Source: Catajapyx aquilonaris
Taxonomy: Eukaryota
Direction of reading: 5' to 3'
Length of the DNA stretch: 64,000 nucleotides
Assembly: GCA_000934665.2 (NCBI GenBank)
Contig: KZ538059.1
Coordinates: 1 to 64,000 of the forward strand
Both the position numbers and the translations under genes were made by a program. Positions 11,931 to 25,500 of this stretch are shown here, in pieces. Numbering within the stretch: the stretch's first letter is position 1; each line of letters begins with the position of its first letter. Under the pieces are notes generated by a model. It did no database searches. It had not been told where the DNA came from and saw only the letters and a list, made by a program, of their open reading frames with translations.

Positions 11931-14900
11931 GCAGGCCTTCCCATCTTCTTCCTGCTGGATCCAGTAGAAACAGCTATTGGGTGTCAGAAAATGGGATCCC
12001 ACCCGCAAGCTCCGTGAATGCAGAAAAAAGGATAAGGAGCGTTCTCCAAGATGCCTAATGGACACTCCATTGTGGTAGCCTGAATATAAATACCCTCTGG
12101 GCGTTTGAGGCGGTCACCAGAGACATGGGGCGCGCCAATAATGGTCACTATATTCCACTATACTTCCCGCCCGTAATCACTCCACAAGACGAGGCGTAAT
12201 GAGTTGACACTCTGATTAACACACCTCAGTAATCACTCTGTTCGGTGGATTTCACCGAATAATTGCCTACAATCGGTTCAATGGCTTGAATGGGCTAACA
12301 AAGCGAGAAAGCAAGCAGGCCACTTGTGAAAACAGCCAACGAGCTCGTGCCGTATACCGCTGCCCCAGTTTGACAAGCTTACCTTAACTAGATCTACAGT
12401 AATTACGGGATGATTTCATCAAAACCATTTCCGGGTAACGATGCAACATTATTTTACAGGCTAGAACTTGCATCCTTCCCTCCAAATAAAGCCACTCCAG
12501 GAATGAGATTTTGATATAAAAAGTCATAATCTGGTCTTAGCGCATGCTGCAGCCCCCCGGTATTCCTCCACTTTACGATAGCCATTTTGCTCAAGTTCGA
12601 TTTAAAAAGAGATTAAACCGAGTAAATGCCCTCGAGTTGTGTCGCCGATCTAGGGTTAAGTTTCGCTTCTCATACGAGAGCACAGCTTTAGCTCGGGCTG
12701 CGTGGAAATGCGCTTATACCACTTTCACAAATCCAAGTAATGGTGGCCGCTTCAACACAACCAAGATATCGAGTTGATTTCATATCTGACTTACAGTACT
12801 ACAGTAGCAGCTTTTTTGGTTCCGAAACAGACACAAAGCCAACCGATATCATTTTGTCAAAGCCGAAAACATTGGGGGGAAAACATCACTGGGGAGATTG
12901 TTAAATTCATGCCTTGATAGGGAATAATCGGGGTTGACCGAACGTGTCAATAAAGTCGATCTAACCGAACTCAAATTCTGGTCGTTAAATTTTCTCTACT
13001 TGTTATTACTTATTGAAGCATGTCGAACCGACACAAACATCCGGAGAAATTTATAACACATCAACAACCATGCACGAGAACATCCATCCTGCTGCTACGC
13101 GCTGGTTTAAAATTCGAAATCTGACACTTGTAAAATCAGGGTCTCTCCGTTTAAAATATACCCATAGAAATTAGTTTGAAACTGGTTGGCAGCAAAATCG
13201 AGATCGTAATGTCACATGTCATGGCGGCACGGCGGGCAATTTCATCTTGCATGGCAGTTGGCTGCGTCCAATATCCCCTCAGTATAATACAAATGGCTCG
13301 GTGCGGTGGCTAAAGGCATCAGTTCGTGTGCATAGGCCTAGGACAACACTGATTCCGTCCAATGTTTCAATGCGCTGCCATGTCACAAAGCTATCGTTCG
13401 GTAATAATGTCAACACAGGCTTTGTTTACTGACACAGAGCGGCTCATGAACTGATCGGACTCTACGCGGCTTTTTGCGCACGAATACAGCTTTTAAATCC
13501 GGCCCATATTTCAGGAATAGGGGATTTTGGAAAATTTTAGCTCAAAATCCTGCACAGAGTGACGGACACGTTTCCAACTTATGAAAGGGCAAGGATTCGC
13601 ATACTTCAGGAGCAAATATTTACATTATTCAAATCCAATTTTTTACTGCCTGGAAGTAGGCCAAATGTAAGCGTGATGAGTCATGTAGAATAACATGTAC
13701 TGTACAGTATTATAATTTGATATTGTTGTAGTACAACCTACACAAGGTGATGGCTTCAATATTTGAAAGCTTGCCCGCAAATAATATTACGTGCCGACTT
13801 CTGTGTAACATTAGAGCATTATTATTAAAGTCAGCACTGCATCAGCCATTTTCATTTTTCTCATCGAGCTGCACGCAGGCTGAACAGAAATGGCAGCTTG
13901 ACATGGACTTGGAGTGTTTACAACATTTAGAAGTAACGCGCAGAAAATATAGACATTCCGCAGGTTAGATTGCCTTTTTGGGGGTTGAACCTAGAGTAAT
14001 AAACCTTCACCCCAACTTAGTCCTGCCACGCTACGCATTGTTCAGCATTTCAGAAAATATGCAGAAAGTTTAATCCACCACGGGACAGGTCTCAAACTTG
14101 AATGTTATCAAATGTGAAGGTTCAGCATCAGAATTCCGGCTCTAATGATCCTGCGCTTTACTATCGCCCCTCGTCCTTTTTTTTTGAGCAGCTCCCAGAA
14201 CAATAAGACGCTCCTCGCATATTTGCCTGGCAATATAGGTTGCAATATGAAAGGACGTAGGATGCCATCAAATTATACAATCCATATAAGCAGGCAGAAA
14301 TTTTATAGAGCGGCAATTAGATGGCCCGCAGCCCTAAGGACACGGGTATATGCAAGGATCCTTCATCCTGCTTTCCTCACGCGATATTGCACGCCAGGTA
14401 TTTAATTAAATTACGGGCTTGATATTGGGTAAACGGTGAGTCTTCTCTCCCCTACATGCCTTCCATCTCAACTTCATTCTGCGTGAAGGGGAAATGGGGG
14501 CTCAGCCATAGTTCCATGGACGACGATGTAGACACTAATTGCGGGGGTTGACAGGAAGAAAGTCCAGTGCGATGTCAGATGCTCTGTCGTGTCCTCCCCA
14601 CCCACTGGAATCCCCCCTAGTTAGAATGCCATCTAGTATTTGAATACTTACAACTGCGTGTGAATAGCAGTGCTGAAATTGTGGTGTCTGCAACTGTCAC
14701 CATCGATTGCTCTCGTTTTGGGACATCCCTCCGTTGGGGTGTCGCCAGATATTACTCGTGTTGTAAGTGGGGTTCGAATGAAGTCAAATCTTGCTTATCT
14801 GGTTCGATAGCACTTGCAATTGGGATAATGACTGCTGGTGGCCATGATGAATGGTGCTGTAAAATAATGCAGGTCGTGTATCCATGACTTGTGGGGTCAT

Positions 14901-15289
14901 TTGGTGCATTCTTGTCATTGAGAAGCAAAAATTGATCAATTCGATCAATTGCAGTCTCTCTGATTGAAACTTATGGAGCCACCGGCCATGCCAAGGACAC
15001 ATTATTATTGTCATTCACGCAATATATTTGAAATGATGAGCAATATCTCAGAGCGTGCAAGACAATGCGGTTGTGATGAATCGCAAACATTGCTATAGGC
15101 ATTATTGTCACCTTTGTCATGATGCCGATTCAGAGATGCAGCCCAAATGGACGGCATCACGCGCTCCTTTCTTTACATGGACGAACTCGTGTCATAGGAG
15201 CCAGATGGTGTCGCTTGCTTGTCACGCGACGAAATATTGCGTTTCATGTTGCAGTGTTTTTTAAAGGTATGAATCTTGGGAAATGTCGC

Positions 15290-15364
15290 GCTGCTCTGGA
15301 ATGATGGAAGTACTGCAGATTTACATGCCGTAAATCTGCAGTACTTCCATCATTCCAGAGCAGC
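15290..15364. repeat. Perfect inverted repeat: 35-bp arms, 5-nt loop
   Basis: gctgctctggaatgatggaagtactgcagatttac (15290-15324), loop atgcc, exact reverse complement at 15330-15364. No target-site duplication visible. Confidence 0.97.
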
Positions 15365-18290
15365 TTGCTACTGATTGGTCGTATATGATGTGTTAGAATT
15401 GCAGAGAAGGCACATTTTGTGCTCCAACTTTATAACCCACGTGTCAGAAAATCAATGAATTAAGCCATATACTGCATGTGGAATGTTATAGCCAAGAGCC
15501 TCATATGTAACGAATATCTTTGTTGAGGAGCATGCTTTAAAGTGTTCTTTAGGGAGTATATGCATTATACTGGCGACCAGAAATTTTATGTAATGTTGAA
15601 CTCATGTGCCAAAAAGTCAGCTGGAAATTGTGCAAAATTTCTGTTCGATAAATGATTACGAATTTGACAGTTTTATACATTGACATCATTCGCACATTTC
15701 CGAAGTGAAAATAACGCGCTTCCGGCCATAAGCCTCTGCTGACAATATTAATTGTACAATATAAACTGCCAATAATTATCACCGGGTGGAAATGTGGAGG
15801 TTACTTGTACGCACAGGTTGGTAAGTAATTCTCGCATAATATAGTGGTATAATTATCCTTCTTATAGCAGTTCTTTCAGTTGTCATAGTTTCCCCAAGTA
15901 ATAGTTGATCAACTTTGACACTTCTCATTCTCAGCATGATGACAAGTTAGTAATACCTGTTTAGCACAAAACAGCTTAGTACAAGTACCTCGTTCGTATC
16001 TGTCAAGCCGCATGAACATTACCAGGTATCCAGTCAGCGGTAAAGCAAGGATGCCGACCCGGATTTCTAGCCTATCCTTCTCTCTTCCTGACAAATTTTC
16101 GCGGCTTTGCACTACACCGCTGTGGGACTTGGCTCCAGAGGCACAAAATTGGTCTTTCTCTTCCTAACAAACACATCCGGAGAGAATCTAAGCCAGGAAA
16201 CTCTCCCATGGCAATCTGTCTTGCACTTTTGCCTGCTCTTTCGTGTACTCTTCTCATTTCGGAACATATCTACAGCCTGTGTTGTTATTTACCCTCGGTA
16301 AGATTGAGTGCAAGGACCTCCATACCTGTGGACGTTGACCATGATTTACTCTATTCTATAGGGACTGTCTTGTCGATTCTTGCCTACAGTTCATCCGAAT
16401 ATTCTTGCTGTGGCAGAATACAGTGTAGATATATGACTGGAGAACTCATTGCAGAAACCGATAACATCTGCGCAAACATGCACATGGTGTAGCAGTCTCG
16501 ACATGCAAGCAGACTATTTGAAAATCATTACACACGCTCACCGAGCAAATTAATCCTTATTGTTATAGCTCGTCTTCTCGGCGCGTCAATCAAAATGCGA
16601 GTTTTGCTTACCTTTCACGCTGCCAGATAGATAGCTGCACTTGGGTTAGATTAGAAGTCAATAGAGGCGCAGTCAACAGCAGAGCATACCTCTTGTGTTG
16701 AAAACGGAGAGACGAGATAATACCTTGGACAAGTGTATATAGCACCTGTTGGTATTCTCACACTGGAAGTAAACATAACTCTGGATATAGTAATACCTGG
16801 GAATATTACATGTGGATACATCCTAAGAGGAGGTCTCTATTATGAAATGGGGGCAGTTTCCTCAGGGGTTGGGGCTCGATCAGCCCAAGGCATCCTTTTG
16901 ATAAAAGAGGTGGAGGGAAGGTGTCACCATCTTGAGAAGATAACGGCTATTGCGTGCGTTTTCCGTCCGGAACCTTTTCAAAGACGCCAGGGCTGACGAC
17001 GGCACTGGGCCCGTACGTTCCGGAGCTCTTTTCGGAAGTTTGGTTTGGGGAAAAAACCTTTAGAAAAGACGCGATGGGGCTTTTTGTAGCAGGAGAGGAA
17101 TACGACCGTTGTCACCTCCATACCTGCTGGAGGTCCCGGTTTGAATCCCGGAGACGGTGAGAGTGTATATGGTGTTATTGGGAAGCTGATTTTCACTGAC
17201 ACATCTGCCGTTGATGGTTTTGACGGATAATCTGGAAAATATATGAATTAAGAGAAATAAATAAAAAACTAACAATTTTACGTAATTATTGAAATTCGGG
17301 TTTACAAAAAGTAAGACGCGGATATTGACTTTCGATAGTTACATCTGTGATAAGGTAAACAGTGCTGGATGGCTGGCATATTGTTATTTTTGAAATCTTT
17401 TGCAATATTAGTGAGTGCGTTGAAGTGGGTATGTGAAGAATGCGAAGGAACACATCAAAAATGTAATGAAACTGCACGTCGGGTTGTGTGGATGAATATA
17501 AAAATGGGAATATGGGAGATTTTAAAAAACACACACACATTTTGGATGAGAGAATCTCACTGAAAGTCAAATTAATGCCAGAAATGATGGCATAGTATAG
17601 ATGCAACTGCACAATGAAAAAATCTCCAATTTTTGCATAAAAGAAACAGGCGAAAACCTGGAAATTAGTGCTTATGCGCTACATTTATTGGAGTCATAAA
17701 ATATTTGCGAAAGGTTTATCCGACAAAATTTTCATTCATTTGCATCATTGATATTACCAGATATTACGGAGCCTAAAGACTCCTGATTTATATAAACCTA
17801 ATGATGGTAGATGTAGCAGTCAGTCTAGTAGTCTATTTTAATGACCATCGTAGGTTACCGGGAATATTCGAAGTTGGTTTCTCATTCATTTAATTTCATA
17901 ATATTTGACCAAAGTATGAAGGCAAATACACTATACCTGCTTATTTAAACAGTTTTTGCCTCTCCTGCAAAGTCTGCTTGTTATAGACCCAGGAGTTTCT
18001 GATCTCACTGCTTCAATTACGTCAGGCAAAAAATGTGCACTGTATCAAATGCATTGGCTTACATTACAAATACAGAGCTTCCTGCTCAGAGCACTAATTG
18101 ATCCGGAGAAGGTGGGAAGGGAATGATGTATACCTGTACGTAATATGAATAATACCATCTACTGTTTCTCAATCATTTCACCTCTCTACTTTACTATAGA
18201 TATGGGCTCTGTAATTACGCCTACAATTTTCCAAACTCTATGTCTACTAACATCAAGCAGTAGAACATATCCAAAAGATATGTCATTGGT

Positions 18291-18920
18291 CACTTAGCCC
18301 ACACTGGGCAATCCGACGACAGTTTGTGGCACAGAAGTAGGGCAGGGTGGACACCGCGCGGTCCTAACAACCTGGTCAGACTTTGGATTGTGATCGTTGG
18401 TGGCAGGCAACACGGTGGGCAGATTGTACGTGAGCAAGAGTCGCGCATAACGCCAACGACCCGGAACCGCACCCACCGGCCGGCTTTTTCCCGCTCCAAT
18501 GCCTCCCTCCAGTGGGCGACACGGACCGCCGAAGAAGAATCATGGCGGCGCGTTCTTTTTCCCCAACCATCGTAAATAGTGGCTGGGAGGCCGGAATTGA
18601 CTCGCAGGGTTTGGCAGGAAGAAGGACATAAAACCGGATCTGCTGTAAGAAGAGATTTCTCCGGGCCTTGTTGTAGGAAGAGACTCTTCAGTCCAGTTGA
18701 GTGGGGGCAGGCATTGGAGCTAGGGGGGAAGAAACAAGCAGTTTCCAGACTATTTAGAAAGAACAAAACGTTGGCTATCCGGGCAGGCGAGATGTTATGA
18801 GCATCACCCTGTGGGACATCATGACGGAGCACATTGTTCTCTGGAAAATTATGGCTTTCCTATCTCCTGTTGCTTTCATTCCGGAACGGCAGCGTTCATA
18901 TCTTGGGCTTTTGTGGCCGG
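18291..18920 (+). pseudogene. Possible eroded YqaJ/lambda-exonuclease-like domain, probably transposon-derived
   Basis: TGQSDDSLWHRSRAG (like TxGQSxxxxWxxxRxGR), SNASLQWATRTAEEE (like AxxWGxxxE), SGPCCRKRLF (like CxCCGxGLLE), IVLW...ERQ (like FVVW...ER). The catalytic SPDG and EIKCP motifs are not preserved. Confidence 0.3.
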
Positions 18921-20899
18921 GAGGGTCAACATTCCCTGACTCGGCTACAAGCTTCAGTTCCGGGGGTGGTTGTAAACTGAACTAACGAGAGTCCTGGGAC
19001 TCATTGCATCATCCCACCCTCCGCAACATTTTTTTTTCCTCCCCTCTGACCAATCCCCCGGAAGGAACGTGCGCCTCTTAATGAAACGTGGGGTGGTGGA
19101 AATTTTTCACGGTCTCTACATTCCGGGAACTGCGCTCTCATATCACTATCGGAATTGCTTGTTCAGCCCTCCATTGGTATGTAGGCACGAAAGAGGCGAA
19201 ACAGCACCCTTATTTCCGGGCATTAAAAACAGGACATTCGTTACGTCTGAGCATACCACGCGTAAGATATTCGGTCCGATTTCTAGTTAGCACAAGTGGA
19301 GGTATAGGTAGGAAAGTTTTCCAAGGAAATCCATTCTGACCTGTTCTCGTGTGCGGCCTGTTTAACTGCGAAATGCCTGGCGACGGTTCCGCATGTAAAT
19401 GATCCCATTGGAAAGCCCGGTTCCGGTCCTTGCGTTAGATAATGCTCTCCGAGTCTATTACGTATATAAGGCAACAGACAGACTGTTGGAAATCGGCTTG
19501 GCGCGACTTGTGGAGGACGTTCTCCTGTGGGGAGGATAAGGGAAGGGGGGGTGTGTAGAACCTCCTCACTCCAGCCCCCTTTTCAAATGACCTGAAAGTT
19601 TTGCCAAATCCTCCTTTAATGGGCAATTAGGGATCGTCTTCAGTTAGAAATCGAGACTAAGAAGTCCTGAAAGACGTGCTTTGGAGGAATAGAAAGCTGG
19701 GAGGTTCAGATCAGGATCTGCGCAGGTCGACGGGCCCACTCGGCTTATCGTCATTACTTACGCTCTGCACAACAGAGCTGGACTCATCAACTGGCTACGC
19801 ACCTGCGCTAATTATCCGAGACATTGGCAGTAAATGCGCTCATCATCGCAGCAGGGGAGGCCATCCACGGTGACAAAGATGACCTTAGGCTGGTCATCCG
19901 GGACCGCGTTATTGTTCTCAAGGCGCCATACCAGCTTCCTCCCGTTCTCAGGACACGACGATGGCTTTTCTAATGGACGCCCGCCCGGTGTGAAAATGGA
20001 TGCAAATCCCAAACAGAAGCGTATATTCGATTTCATGCTCCGCCGACCAAGCCTCGCATCTCCTATTTGCAGTCAAACTTGGGCTTATTTACTCCCCTGG
20101 ACATGTTAAGACGTCCATTCAAGACCAGATTGCATGCTCTGAATATTCCAGCGCCTTCTGATTCGTATATAAAAAATGGCATATGAATGTTTTCGAACCT
20201 GATCGTGCAGGATGTGCCAAATAGCAAAATATTTTTGTGTGGTATTTACTCCACATATTGCGTACTATCTGCGAAAAATTAGTCGTTCTTTAGTATATAG
20301 TGTAAGTGCCATTGCTTGCAGAACATGATACCTTTACTTTTAGAAAATGGGAGGTGTGCTGCAGGCAAGAGCACTCACAGCAGGATATACCCGAAAACCG
20401 AGTATCTCTCGCCGCATCACGTGGGGCCGATAATACCATCACTTTACCTGCAGAAACTCGCCGCACAACCTGACAAGTTCAATCTCTTGAGGGACTAAAG
20501 CAGCTAATGTTCAATGGCGCTTGACTCCTATAAGCATTATACTGTAGTACCAACTGCTATACAAAGAGAAGCAATTATCCACCGCTTATGCCCATAACTG
20601 TTAGCCTCACACCCATTAATGGAACACGACGTAAAGAGTTGTCCAATACACACCATTCAAACACCTTCGACCAAAGTGCTGAAAAATATATCCATTAAAA
20701 ATGAATTATTGTCCACGTGTTTGCCCATCCTGCCTGTCCACAGGTAATCGAAACTCAGGTGACGTATGAAACGTCTGCTATTGGCCCCCTTTTTCAGTAT
20801 CATATTTATATATTTTTTCCCCTTCTTCCTAGCCCCCCCCCCCCACCCAAGTCTTAGTGAAAAATGGCGCCGGCGTAGTTTGAAGAGGAAAAGAATGAA

Positions 20900-21250
20900 A
20901 GATTGCCTCCCCGGGCAATCGGGCGCTATCTCTCAGCTTTTCTGCAGGGCCCCAGCTAATGATTTCATGTCGTGTGAAATATTGGAGTGGGAGAGTGTAA
21001 ACATTGGGAGAAGGTGGGGGACTTTCACTGCTCTCGTCACAGTAGAAGCACGAAGCAGCCTCATGTTTTTGGTCGCATCTCCACGCAGAGGGTTGTTCTG
21101 GACTCGTAAATCTTTTTTCCTTTCCTGGAAGCATCTTCGCCACCTCTCGCTCTCTGGTCATCGCCTTTTCACGGCTTCTGTGATGTGGTTTTGCTGCTTA
21201 AAACACCGTAGCGAGCTCTTGGCGGCCTTTTCTAACCATACTTTGCATGA
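20900..21250 (-). mobile_element. Eroded LINE ORF2 C-terminal (zinc-knuckle) region
   Basis: WLEKAAKSSLRCFK ... LRVQNNPLR, and in a shifted frame CFYCDESSES (like CxxC...E...H). Confidence 0.28.
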
Positions 21251-22285
21251 AAATGGTGCTGCCCTCTATGCAAACATTGGAAGGGTGGGAGATAGAAAAA
21301 AAAATGGAGAATCTGCAACAAGTCTTAGGGGGTTGCCGTTTTAAAATCTATCATCCCAGAACTCCATATCGCTAACCTGTAATATATACTGGACAAACAT
21401 GTCCTAAATTGCACTGGGAATCCTTTTACGACTTGCACATGAAATTTTTATTGTAAATTCCCCGAAATAGGCATGAGTCGTGCACAGAATGAGGTGTTAT
21501 TGAAATAAGACCTTGCGGTATGGATCAATACACGTGTGCGTACTCTATAGTTGCCCCGTCATTTTCGTAATACGAGTTTCGATTACTATTCTTAGCTTTA
21601 CGAGAATGATAGCATCTCATAACGAAAAGGTGCACTGTGCAATTATGGAAGAAAAAAACAACACGCATTGCTAATAATATTATGTGCTGCCAATGGCTTT
21701 GCAGGTATACGTGTCTCCTGCTTCATTTGCAAATTAAAATAGCAGATATTATAATAGGATGACGTAATATGCGGTATAATGTTGTGATGTCTTTCTGTTT
21801 GGGCAGGTAACTGTGCTTGTTATGCGGTATAATGAAGGCTGGATGGGGTCCATTTATATGCTATTACTAGAGAGTGTTTGTGAAAAGCAGTGTCGGCCCA
21901 CTGTGGGCCAAGTTAACGTACAGTGCTTGCATCGAATTTGCACAGGCTTTACCCATCATGATGTCAGGTGTATGACAACACACTTTAGTAATAATGTGTA
22001 GTTCATTAGCACATTCTGGGCACGGCGATACTGTAGCTCAGATATAATAAAAATAGATTTTGACAAAACGTTACAGTTCCTGAGGCTAGCCCTTTTTGTA
22101 CTCCTACTACAATATCAGTGCCTTACGTATATGAAAGTGCTATGATATACCTCATTCTGATGAATTTGATGCAGATTTCATTTAACATTGCTGTTACGTG
22201 ATCATTTCTGCCATTACTTGCCTTTTTTGTATACATGAAAGTTTGCATGAATGTTCATATCAAAACAAAAAGGCCTAATTATTTA

Positions 22286-22536
22286 CAGTAGGCCCCCCTA
22301 TTATGAAATATTTTAAAAATATATTGAATGAAAAATACAACACGTGTTTATATACAGTACAGTAGTGTGTTGTTATAACTGTCCTGTTTTATTGTTAATT
22401 GTTTTTGTTGAAATCTTAATGTGTATAGTAATTTAAACTTATTAGCATATAATTATACAAAAACGTATATAGGGTTTCGTTTATCAGCGGGAAGGTTTAA
22501 AACCAATATTACCCGCGGATAACCGGGGGCCGACTG
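22286..22536. mobile_element. pogo/Tigger-like MITE with TA target duplication
   Basis: Left end TA|cagtaggcccccc; right end gggggccgactg|TA (reverse complement cagtcggccccc). AT-rich interior containing tacagtacagta. Confidence 0.65.
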
Positions 22537-25500
22537 TACTTCGCATTAATTTTTGATCAGTTTCCGTTGACTATTCATCTTGTATTCTCCCACTTCTCCG
22601 ATGCCTTACACACTCCAGTCCACACAGGTACTCCAACCATGAAACTTTTTTTTTTCATTCCCGAATCTGCAGCCAATGAGCCCATGTTGATCTCTCCATA
22701 CTTGCCAGTACGTAGCCGGTTCCTGCGTGAGGCTTGATTAGGTGGAAATTGGAAGCGGGTCGGTTCCCGCCCCGTGCTTTTACTTTTGGTAAACGGCTTC
22801 AATCACGGAGCAGGAATGCGACTCACTTCTCGTGTCTCCAGCTTCGGAATTCACCACATTCCAGTTCCTATCATACTTCCTCCTGATTCCAGAAAATTCC
22901 TGCCGTGCCTCTTGTAGCATCAAGACATTCCCTAACAAACATTGTAATTATTTATCATCAACAGTGAATTGCTGTGCGGCTATTGAGAAAACACCCTGTA
23001 GAAAGTAATAGGTTCTAGCCAAAAAAAAAACTAGTAGAGGTCAGTGTATTAGGAGGGATATTCGTGGGTATAAAAATTATTCTTGCCGGTGTTGCTCGGA
23101 TATTGATATTGATCGTGAAATGCACGAGTTCAGGTTGCGAGAGGTTGAAATATTCAGATCGTGCGTTTTATTCCGTGAGTCATAATGCGACCAGGCGTAT
23201 CCCAATAATGTATTTAGTAGTGGTAATGCTACCGTTTTAATACCGACGTCGAATAATGCATAGGTGGAGCAGTTCTTTTTACACGGAGATTCTGCTGTTG
23301 AATATTCACCGAATTTTCAGTTACGTAATAAAAAATATAGTGCGTGAAAACTTTTTTTAGTGTTTAAAAAAATATGCATAGAAATTTAAAATGAATATAG
23401 GTTAATAATATACAGAAAATTAGGTTACGCGTCTCATAAAAATGAGATAATTGACTCGCCAGGATTTTGGTTGATTTAGCCGGATTGCTGGAAAGGATCA
23501 ATCGTAACCTATAGCGTTAGGCAGTTTTTTCCAACCCATGCTACAGAATGATTCTCATATTTACTTGCGATAATATTCAAAGAAAAGTTTCCGCAACGCC
23601 GTCAGGTCGACAAGGCGTGTCATCCATAAGAATAGAGATTTACAATTCAAACTGCTTGACATCACCCGGAAGATCGTCTGAGGCCACACGAAAGACATCC
23701 TGAGAGGTGCAAAACCACAAATTTCTCGTGTCCTCTTCTTGTCTTCTCTCCGCCAGGTCCCGGCGTCCTTTTTCCGGCCCAGAAGAGCTGAAGTCAGGGG
23801 GTTCAAATAGACGGCGCCAAGACACTGCCAAGCCCCACCCACCTCCGTCCTCCCAACTAACTTCTCCAAAAAGTCAGTTTCTCGACACCGCTTCCGTCTC
23901 GTCCAAGACTGACTTCGTCTTTCCGTACTCACCCTGCACATGCTTGGACAGGCAGAATACGAACTGGGGACAAAGGAGGAATGTCGCGTCTATCACTCAC
24001 AGTGTATGTTAAATATCTCCATTCAGAAGCAATCATCCGCATACGCGCTTTGTATTGTTGAAGAGTTTGAAGACACAGGTGACTGAACAAAAGAATCGCT
24101 GATGTGCACTTGCTGCCTTAGGCCACACTATATCTTGATTTTAGAAACATTGCGTTTAGATCCTGTCCAGATAATTGTAAGCCCATGTAAGGTCCGATTT
24201 TCCCGACTTTGATTCCGGCATTATCCAGTACATTACAATGCGAGCTGGCTTATGCCGTCCCGTAGAAAAACCTATCTGTGCCGAATCGACTGGAGCCTTT
24301 TACAAAGGTGGACTTGCAATAGTCCCCAGCAGTGCAATTACCAGCAGTAAGCGTAATGAGATCAATTCTAGGAAGGGGGTCGGAAGCAATGCAAAAGCCG
24401 TGCCAGAACTAGTCCTAATGCACCAGTGGAAACTCCAAGGCCTATTCAAACCACCATCTTGATCACCTTGCCACCCACCAAGGGAATACATTGCAGGCTG
24501 GCAATAGTCCAATCAAAGTCTAACGTTCCACAGATGGCCTGACCTTTTAGATCCGTCTCTCAGCCCCGGTTTTTCCCCCCCATCTGCCCGCGGCGGCCAG
24601 CAGGACAGATGGTAGGTTGTACATTGGACACTCATTACCATCTTCAGCTGTTCGGGGAGGGGTTGCGGGGGAGGTTGCTGGCTGAATGGGGGAGTTGGGT
24701 GGGAGAGTACTATCGGTTTCCTGATTGGGACCGCCTGCAGCCCGACTAATTGAGGTTGTGGCCGTGTTCAACTTGGGACTAAGCAGCGGTTCCTGTGGCG
24801 TTCCGGGGGCAACTTTGGACTCCCCGGATAAAGCAATTGCAAAAGAGGGGAGAGTAGCCAAATCCGCCCCTTTGCCCACTGATGGACGGTTTTGTGTCCC
24901 GTCTCTTTCCCTTTTAGCCCACTGCCGCCCTTGCCCAATTGCTATTTACACCGTTGCTTGCACACGGTTGTGCACTCGCATTCATTTTTACGTACTATGC
25001 AATGGTCCAATAATACTCTAGTTGCCAATTAGACCCAGCCTCTACCAAGGCTGCTTGACCGCTGATGTATACAACTCCTAGTCTCCCTCAGGTCCCACAC
25101 CTGACATCCCCTGCATCCACGCCATCTCTTGGCAAAAGTAACTCCATCTTGTGGATGCAGTGATGTCACAATATAAGTATTCCAGGGGAAAAAAAAATCA
25201 ATTGTTTGAAATGGGCTGGCAGCCACGAGGGAGCGGGTCCCTTAGATGGGGGCGAATAGTGACCCTGTCTTTGGGGGATTCAACTAGTAGCTCAAAATCA
25301 AGGAACAGGTTGTTTTTGTCGGGGGAGTCAATAACTAGAGCTTTTTTTAACGTATCTGGGCGTAGGAGAAGGAATATAGTACATGATAGGAACCGATTGG
25401 CCCCATCACGATCTGCTGGCTGGCAAAAAGAATTCGTCCGTGTTGAAAGGTTGGCAGAGGCTAACTGGGATAATGCGACGGAGCGGGCCTCAGCACATCA

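Noticed and set aside
16208..16297. Hydrophobic MAICLALLPALS... as the Beat signal-peptide exon
   Set aside because: The adjacent GTAAGA donor falls in phase 0, whereas the Ig exon needs phase 1. No other support.
20766..21344. Longest ORF (192 aa) as a protein-coding gene
   Set aside because: No recognisable domain, low-complexity start, and it lies antisense to a probable LINE remnant.
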